Below, one piece after another: positions 27,772 to 33,365 of a stretch of 33,365 nucleotides of DNA (positions are counted from its first letter, which is position 1; each line of letters opens with the position of its first letter). The DNA lies in contig PLCF01000054.1 in the NCBI GenBank assembly GCA_003135555.1, positions 22,058 to 55,422 on the forward strand, in the 5' to 3' direction. The stretch comes from Vulcanimicrobiota bacterium (GTDB lineage: Bacteria > Vulcanimicrobiota > Vulcanimicrobiia > Vulcanimicrobiales > Vulcanimicrobiaceae). A program made the translations under genes and the position numbers. Below the pieces are notes generated by a model that was not told the DNA's origin, did no database searches, and saw nothing but the letters and a program-made list of their open reading frames with translations.

Positions 27772-30588
27772 ATGGTCGACTCGCGTACTCAAAACTTCGC
27801 GAGGTCCCTCGCCGCTGCGGCGGTGGATGTCCTGGTGCTCGAGGCGCCGCCGGGATATGGGAAATCGTCGCTCGCCCGCGTGTATGCGTCGGCACTTGGA
27901 CCGGCCTACGAATGCTGGCTTTCGGCGGAAAGCGATGAGGCGTCCAGGCTGATCCTCGACGCGCTCGTCGGGACCGAGGGATTGCGTGGCGCGCGATTCG
28001 CCGTCGATCGGCTGGCGCGCCGCGGCGGCAGCGCCGCTGCGCACGCCAGGGAAACCCTTCGTCGGGAGTGGGTGTCCGCCGCGACCGAAGATGTTCTCGT
28101 GCTTCACGACTTCTCCGGAGCGCTCGCGACGCGCGCCGGCGCAGACCTGCTGGGCGAACTTCTCGTAACGAAGCCCGCCAAGCGCCGCCTGGTCCTGTCG
28201 ATCCGCAAACCGTTGCCTCCCGGTACGGTAGGAAATCTCCCGATCCGCGGCACGACGACGCTCACGCGCAGTGACCTCGCACTGACGCTGCCGGAAGTCG
28301 GCGACATCGCGGGACGCGCCGGACTCCCGCGCCCGAAGGCTGCCGAGATCTACTCCCTGACACGCGGTTGGCCCCTGGTAACCCGCTTGCTCGTGCAACA
28401 ACTGCAGGCCGACTCCCAGGACCCCGTACTCGATGCCGTGCGCACGCTGCCCCACGACACGATGCTGGCATTCGCGGCGCATCGATTGATCGCGCAGTTG
28501 GACGACCGTTTGCGCGACACGCTCGCCGTGGCCTCGTTCTTTGCCGAGGCCCATTACCTCGATCTTATTCGCATCCTCGGTCCCGAGTGCGACGACGCGG
28601 TGTTCGCTCGAATGTCGGCGCTGCCGTTCGTGTCCCAGGAAGGGGACGGCGTCGCGGTGCACTGCGAGGTCGCGCGACTCTTGCGCGACCGTTTTGCGTC
28701 CATCGTCGAGCCGCTGTACGAGCGAACGTTGGACGTCTTGTGCCGAGCAGGTCGTCACCTCGTCGCCGCGCGCATGGCGCTCGACCGTGGCGATGGGCTG
28801 CGAGCAGCCGAAGTCATCGACAGCGCGCCACCGTTTACCACCCTTCCGGTTCCGCTCGGTGAATATGAAAGAATCATCGAACGGGTGGAACCGCGCCTCA
28901 TCACACGCTTTCCGAACCTTTGGATCGCGACGATCCCATATCGCTCGTTCTCGATCGACCCCGCGACATACATCCGCGAAGCGGAAACGGTTTATTTCTG
29001 CTTGCCGGCAGGAACCGATCCCGATCAGCGAGCGGCCGCGTTGATGATGCTTGCCTCGGCGTATGCGAATGTCGGTCGGTCCCGCGACGCCGAGGTGCTG
29101 CTCGCCGAGGCGTTCGAAGGATTTGCAAGCGCCGATGGCTCCCCACGTGCGTCGCTGCTCAACTTTTTCGCATCGCTGCGTGGCATCGAAGGGCGATTCA
29201 CCGAAGCGCGTGGCCTTGCGGAGCAGGCCGCCCGCGCCTCTCGTGACACCTTCGGTCAGAATCAAACGTTGCACTACATCGATGCGCACGAGGCCGCGTT
29301 TCGCGGCCGCCAAGATAGGCTGGTAGTCATTCTGGATGAGCTCATGCACCGGCGGGCTCGTGCCGATCCGCCGCTCTATCTGGCGTACGTCGCAGAAAAT
29401 GGGGCGTTCTTCTCGTGGGCCAATGGCGACGACGCGGCGTTCGAGCGGTATCAGACGGCCTTCGAGGACTCGATTACTCCGGCGATAGAGCACGCGCTGG
29501 CCACGCTGATCGATGCCGCGCGCGGGCGCGCTGCGCCGTCGGATGACGAGCGTGTGTGGCCCTTGATCGCGGCATTCGCAAATCTGTATTGGATGGCAAA
29601 CGCGCCGACCCATGAGGTCGCGGTTCGGGCCGCGAGCGCCGCCGTCCGAGCCGCCGACCAGCGGGGGGCACCCTATACTCAGACACTCGCACACGTCGCG
29701 CTGTACGTGCTCGATGAGGCCACGCGCGCCCAGCAGGCTGCGGCACTGATGGAGATCGTGCGCAACGTTGAGAGCGAGGAGTTGCGCCAAGCCGTCCGGG
29801 GAGTGATCGAAGGCGGCCCGGCGGGGATGCTGGAGCCTTTCGTTCGGCGACGCGTGCGGCGGCAACGGACACGTTCGGGCCCGCGCCTCGTGGTGGAGCT
29901 GCTGGCCGGCCGCGTCACGGTCGATGGCGCGGCGGCACGGTTGCGGGAAAAGGAGTTCGAGCTCGTAGCCTTGTTGGCTTCGACACGTGGTGCGCTTTCG
30001 CGCGAGCAGATCGGCGAGGCGCTGTGGGAACATCTCGATCCCGATGAGTGGTCGAATAACCTCAAGGTCACGCTCTATCGCGTCCGAAAGGCGCTCACGA
30101 CGCGCGACGTCACGGTCACGGAGGGAAGTCGCTACCGACTGGCTCCAAGCATCGACGTGGACCTGCGGCGAGGCGAAGCGCTCCTTCGCGATCTCGGCCC
30201 GACCATTCGTGACGAAGCCGCGCGAGCGACGTTGGCCGACGTATTGCGGTCGTTTCAGGACGGTGTCCTGGAACGCTACGAGCGCTTCGGATGGTCGCAT
30301 ACCCTGGTTGCGCGCTTGAACGACCTGGCTTGCGGCTGCGGCCTGTCCTTGGCGTCGGACGCGCTCGAGCGCGACGCGGTCGATGATGCGGTCGAGTATG
30401 CGTCGCGTGTCCGTGATCTCGACCCGCTCAATGAAAAGGCCTGCGGGATCACCATCCGCGCGCTGAAGACGCGCGGGGCCGACGACGCGGCCCGGCGCGA
30501 GTTCCAGCGCTATGCGGAGGCGCTTGAACGCGAGTTCGCGGCCGTGCCGTCTGCGGCGCTCTTGGAACTGGTAGTCCATGGCGCGTGA
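27772..30588 (+). CDS. MalT-like STAND ATPase transcriptional activator with C-terminal SARP module (OmpR-type wHTH + BTAD)
   Basis: Walker A EAPPGYGKS, Walker B LVLHDF, TRGWP, helical/TPR middle, wHTH (LREKEFELVALL...SREQIGEALW...LKVTLYRVRKAL) and BTAD (DPLNEKAC...REFAAVPS). Confidence 0.88.
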   Translation: MVDSRTQNFARSLAAAAVDVLVLEAPPGYGKSSLARVYASALGPAYECWLSAESDEASRLILDALVGTEGLRGARFAVDRLARRGGSAAAHARETLRREWVSAATEDVLVLHDFSGALATRAGADLLGELLVTKPAKRRLVLSIRKPLPPGTVGNLPIRGTTTLTRSDLALTLPEVGDIAGRAGLPRPKAAEIYSLTRGWPLVTRLLVQQLQADSQDPVLDAVRTLPHDTMLAFAAHRLIAQLDDRLRDTLAVASFFAEAHYLDLIRILGPECDDAVFARMSALPFVSQEGDGVAVHCEVARLLRDRFASIVEPLYERTLDVLCRAGRHLVAARMALDRGDGLRAAEVIDSAPPFTTLPVPLGEYERIIERVEPRLITRFPNLWIATIPYRSFSIDPATYIREAETVYFCLPAGTDPDQRAAALMMLASAYANVGRSRDAEVLLAEAFEGFASADGSPRASLLNFFASLRGIEGRFTEARGLAEQAARASRDTFGQNQTLHYIDAHEAAFRGRQDRLVVILDELMHRRARADPPLYLAYVAENGAFFSWANGDDAAFERYQTAFEDSITPAIEHALATLIDAARGRAAPSDDERVWPLIAAFANLYWMANAPTHEVAVRAASAAVRAADQRGAPYTQTLAHVALYVLDEATRAQQAAALMEIVRNVESEELRQAVRGVIEGGPAGMLEPFVRRRVRRQRTRSGPRLVVELLAGRVTVDGAAARLREKEFELVALLASTRGALSREQIGEALWEHLDPDEWSNNLKVTLYRVRKALTTRDVTVTEGSRYRLAPSIDVDLRRGEALLRDLGPTIRDEAARATLADVLRSFQDGVLERYERFGWSHTLVARLNDLACGCGLSLASDALERDAVDDAVEYASRVRDLDPLNEKACGITIRALKTRGADDAARREFQRYAEALEREFAAVPSAALLELVVHGA

Positions 30589-30594
30589 CCGGTT

Positions 30595-31257
30595 CTACTC
30601 CTCACCGTTGCCGGAGCCGTCGTCAATCACAAGCCCCATCGGACCAAGCTCGCCGCCGCCATCTTCGGGATCGGGCGGAGGAGGTAGGATGAGCGTGACG
30701 TCGCCGTTCGCCCTGATGGGCGTGAGATCGTCGATCTGAATCCGGTCAGGGTCTACGTTGTCGATGAACATGATTCGGAACGGCGCATCGGGCTCGGAGC
30801 GGTCCCGGAAGGCGACGTAGGTGAACTCGCCCATGTCCGCCTCTTGCAAGCCGGTTCGTCCCGTTTTCTTTTCGAGCCGCGCCTTCATAGAGACAATCGG
30901 TCGGGTGCCTTGCTTCAGGACGAGCGTGACAATGGAGAACGTGCTGTCGAAGCGGGGCTCGAGGATGACGATGTTCGCCTCGAACGTGAACGGTCCGCGA
31001 AAGTCCACCGTGCCCCCGCCGTCCGTTAGGTCAGCGACGACAGACGCACGCTCGAACACTCCCGTGACCGGCTCTTTCGGGCCGGGATCCTCGTCGACGA
31101 CGTGCACGACTAGCAGGTTCGCCGTGGCCTCAGCAAAGCAGAAGAGGCGTCTGCCAAAATAGGGAATCGCCGGGGCGAAGGCGACCGCGTCGTTGCCCAG
31201 CGGAACAAACTTTGCAAAGCCGATCGACGCGTTCGAGGTGGACGTAATGCTAGGCAA
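30595..31257 (-). CDS. Hypothetical 220-aa protein, beta-rich with a Pro/Gly/acidic C-terminal tail
   Basis: GAGGAG RBS 7 nt before TTG 31257, which overlaps the last codons of the radical SAM gene. Ends PPPPDPEDGGGELGPMGLVIDDGSGNGEE. Confidence 0.7.
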   Translation of the reverse strand: MPSITSTSNASIGFAKFVPLGNDAVAFAPAIPYFGRRLFCFAEATANLLVVHVVDEDPGPKEPVTGVFERASVVADLTDGGGTVDFRGPFTFEANIVILEPRFDSTFSIVTLVLKQGTRPIVSMKARLEKKTGRTGLQEADMGEFTYVAFRDRSEPDAPFRIMFIDNVDPDRIQIDDLTPIRANGDVTLILPPPPDPEDGGGELGPMGLVIDDGSGNGEE

Positions 31258-32314
31258 GGCTCTTCTCCTCGTAGGATGCAGCTTTGAGTGATCGTGGCGC
31301 GTCCACGTGCTTGGCTTGGAGTTGCACGAATTGCTCAGCGACGATTGAAGCAACCTCGGCTCCGTATCGTCCGACGATCTCCATTGCGCGATCGTCTCGT
31401 TGCAGGCGGGTGCAGGCGCTGCAGATGGAAGCCGATTGGGGCAAGGTGTATCCTGGGACATATCGTGCGACGAACGCTGCGACCCCGGCGGGTCCGGACA
31501 CGTGCAGCCACATCTTCAGCAATTCATTCGGGCTCGAGTCCAGGACGCTATCGAGAGTGCGTTCCGAGACCGAACCGATGCCCAAATGTGGCAGCTGTTC
31601 TGAAGGGAACCCGCAGCACGCGATCAGCTTTTGATCGGACGTGACCGAGATGACGTCCAGAACTTGGGCACAACGGCCGAGCCCACGCGAACCAACGTCG
31701 TCAAGGTACGCATCGTGAGAAAGGTCCGCCAGCCCGCGTCCTCCAGCGTCCACTATCCAGGGATCGCGTGAGAGATGCACCGACCCTGACGCGACGAGAT
31801 CGGCCAACGATTCGAAGAGAACCGCATCGTCGAACGTCGATTGATCGCAAGCCTCTATGGAAATGCGCGTGAGGATCCCGCTCTCAGCCGCGGCGCGCGC
31901 TGCGGCGATCACACGATCCACGCTAACGAAACGTTGGTGAAATGATCCGGTCGACAGCATCATCTCATCGAGACCGCGTTCGCGGATCGCCGCCACGCGG
32001 TCGCGCGCAACGCGTGGGCTGACCGCCCAGTAACCGTTGGTAATGACGCGCGTGATAAATCCTAGCCGGGATGCGTGACCAACTAGCTCGTCGAGGTCGC
32101 GGCCAAGCAGGAAGCACTCGCCTCCGCTAAACCCAATCCGTTCCAGTGACGGAATGCGGGTTGCCTCGTCGATTAATCGATGAATTCGCTCGACGGGGAT
32201 GGCGTCGATTTCTCGCGGCCCAGCGCCGACCGAGCAATGATCGCAAGCCGCCGGGCAACGGCGGGTCGTGAGGATTGATAGTATGCGAGGCCGCACGAAC
32301 ATCGCGGTTGGCAT
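31250..32314 (-). CDS. Radical SAM protein of YydG/EpeE (peptide epimerase)-like type with a twitch-like auxiliary cluster domain
   Basis: RCPAACDHC, FSGGECFL, TNGYWA, STGSFHQRFV, GRC, IACCG, SICSAC. Start at 32314 or 32302. Radical SAM call is firm; the subfamily is less certain. Confidence 0.85.
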   Translation of the reverse strand: MPTAMFVRPRILSILTTRRCPAACDHCSVGAGPREIDAIPVERIHRLIDEATRIPSLERIGFSGGECFLLGRDLDELVGHASRLGFITRVITNGYWAVSPRVARDRVAAIRERGLDEMMLSTGSFHQRFVSVDRVIAAARAAAESGILTRISIEACDQSTFDDAVLFESLADLVASGSVHLSRDPWIVDAGGRGLADLSHDAYLDDVGSRGLGRCAQVLDVISVTSDQKLIACCGFPSEQLPHLGIGSVSERTLDSVLDSSPNELLKMWLHVSGPAGVAAFVARYVPGYTLPQSASICSACTRLQRDDRAMEIVGRYGAEVASIVAEQFVQLQAKHVDAPRSLKAASYEEKSLA

Positions 32315-32385
32315 CCTCTCTGATAGGCACGAGCGAGCTAACGCTTATCTTGCTACTAAGAGCGACTACGCCTCCCTCTGGAGCG

Positions 32386-32421
32386 ATCTTTTCACGGCTC
32401 GGTTAATAGCCGGTGACACAA
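32386..32421 (-). promoter_or_regulatory. Putative SARP-type operator/promoter of the radical SAM operon
   Basis: CGGTTAA (32400) and CGGTGAC (32411), 11-bp period. On the minus strand they are followed after 8 bp by AAAGAT (32391-32386). Confidence 0.55.
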
Positions 32422-32451
32422 GACGGCCGCCCGACACCAGTCGGGCGGCCG
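32415..32451 (-). terminator. Probable intrinsic terminator of the AAA-R3H gene
   Basis: Perfect 12-bp stem CGGCCGCCCGAC-ACCA-GTCGGGCGGCCG (32424-32451), followed on the minus strand by TCTTGTGT. Confidence 0.7.
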
Positions 32452-32487
32452 CTCGGAAGGCCCTCACGTCCGACAGGCGTCGCCGTT

Positions 32488-33365
32488 CTAGACGTCAGGC
32501 CCCTTGAAAATTCGCACCCGTCTGTTCGGCTCCAGCCCCGTCGAGCGCGACTGTAGGCGGTAACGCTCGGCGAGCTGATGCTGCATCCGCCGGATGTACG
32601 ACGTCTGCGGCGTCAACTCGATCGCGCGGCTGTCGAGCAGCACTTGGTAGACCGCTTCCTCCGCCTCGCGCATCGCGATCTCTTCGACGTCGAGCGAGGG
32701 CAGGTTGAAGACGTCCTTGAGCGCGTTTTGAATCTGCGTCGTGGTGTTGGTCTTGATCGAATAGATCGGGACGTTCTCGGCGGCGATCTGCTTGAGCCGG
32801 TCCGACTCCTTGCGCTCGAGCGTCTTGAGCGTGAGGACCACGTCGGCGTCGTCCCACTTGCGCGCGATCGACGCGTGCACGCGCAGGTTGTGCACGGCGC
32901 GCTCGATCTTGTTGCGTGACACGCCGTAGGGGAAGATCATCAGCGGCCTGGCATCTTCGGGGATCGACTCGCCGGTCGCACCGAAAAGCGCCATCTCGTC
33001 GTCGCGCGACTGCTGCGGCAGCACGCGCACCTTGTCGGGGATCGCCTCGGGGTTGGCATGCTGCAGGATGTCGATGGCGCCGCCGGCGGTGCGTTGACGC
33101 ACCTCGGGTTGCGGCTGGTACCCGCGCAGCAGCGCGTCGACGACCTCACCGACGTTTTGGTGGATCGCCAGCCGATCGCGGTCTTGGATCTCGACCACCA
33201 CATCGAACGTCGGCGGCTGCTTGCGCTCGAGCACGGTCTTGCGGGTGCCGCGGCGGCGCGCCTCCTCGTCGGAGAGCGTCACGGCGCTGATCCCGCCCAG
33301 CAGATCCGAGAGCGTCGGATTCATCAGCAAGTTCTCGAGCGTCTGGCCGTGCGCGGTTCCGATCA
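32488..33365 (-). CDS. AAA ATPase with C-terminal R3H domain (Ycf45/SpoIIIAA-like); 5' end outside window
   Basis: IGTAHGQTLENLLMNPTLSDLLGG, VLERKQPPTFD and R3H motif IRRMQHQLAE...STGLEPNRRVRI. Confidence 0.88.
   Translation of the reverse strand, partial: IGTAHGQTLENLLMNPTLSDLLGGISAVTLSDEEARRRGTRKTVLERKQPPTFDVVVEIQDRDRLAIHQNVGEVVDALLRGYQPQPEVRQRTAGGAIDILQHANPEAIPDKVRVLPQQSRDDEMALFGATGESIPEDARPLMIFPYGVSRNKIERAVHNLRVHASIARKWDDADVVLTLKTLERKESDRLKQIAAENVPIYSIKTNTTTQIQNALKDVFNLPSLDVEEIAMREAEEAVYQVLLDSRAIELTPQTSYIRRMQHQLAERYRLQSRSTGLEPNRRVRIFKGPDV

Larger units (their letters stand above)
23654..32433. other. Five-gene accessory island bounded by the 12-bp direct repeat GACGGCCGCCCG
   Basis: Repeat copies at 23654-23665 and 32422-32433. 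Internal genes look richer in A/T-ending codons than the flanks (by eye). No integrase or transposase. Confidence 0.6.

Noticed and set aside
27481..30579. 1032-aa minus-strand ORF
   Set aside because: It lies antisense to the STAND-SARP gene, is Arg-rich and has no motifs. This is a typical high-GC shadow ORF, as are the many other overlapping ORFs in the track.
31258..31461. 68-aa N-terminal extension of the 220-aa protein (288-aa ORF)
   Set aside because: It lies inside the radical SAM CDS. A GAGGAG RBS with TTG at 31257 is the better start.
32315..32399. Possible precursor peptide upstream of the radical SAM
   Set aside because: The only candidate ending in the spacer is a 9-codon GTG ORF (VKRSLQREA) with no RBS that overlaps the predicted promoter.

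Overview
High-GC bacterial chromosomal window. The gene repertoire suggests a diderm soil lineage such as Candidatus Eremiobacterota, but this is an unverified inference. Bases 1-23.6 kb are mostly housekeeping: treS-treZ-treY, lpdA-tauE-lipB-lipA, an M16 peptidase pair, a rhodanese-like protein, a DoxX/HxlR pair with a visible operator, a decayed GNAT, gdhA, ychF, DUF151, MTAP, holB-tmk and a PilZ protein. The window ends in a truncated AAA-R3H (Ycf45-like) gene. The main observation is a ~8.75 kb five-gene accessory island (23666-32421) flanked by a 12-bp direct repeat. It encodes a YydG/EpeE-like radical SAM enzyme coupled to an unknown 220-aa protein with a Gly/acidic tail, a MalT-like STAND ATPase with a C-terminal SARP (wHTH+BTAD) module, a stand-alone C39/papain-like cysteine protease and a secreted ~897-aa probable beta-barrel protein. 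Two island promoters share an 11-bp-spaced CGGT(G/T)A direct repeat placed 8 bp from a -10-like hexamer, which is the SARP operator geometry. This argues for one co-regulated peptide- or protein-modification system with no canonical short precursor and no ABC exporter. All family calls come from motif recognition, not database searches.
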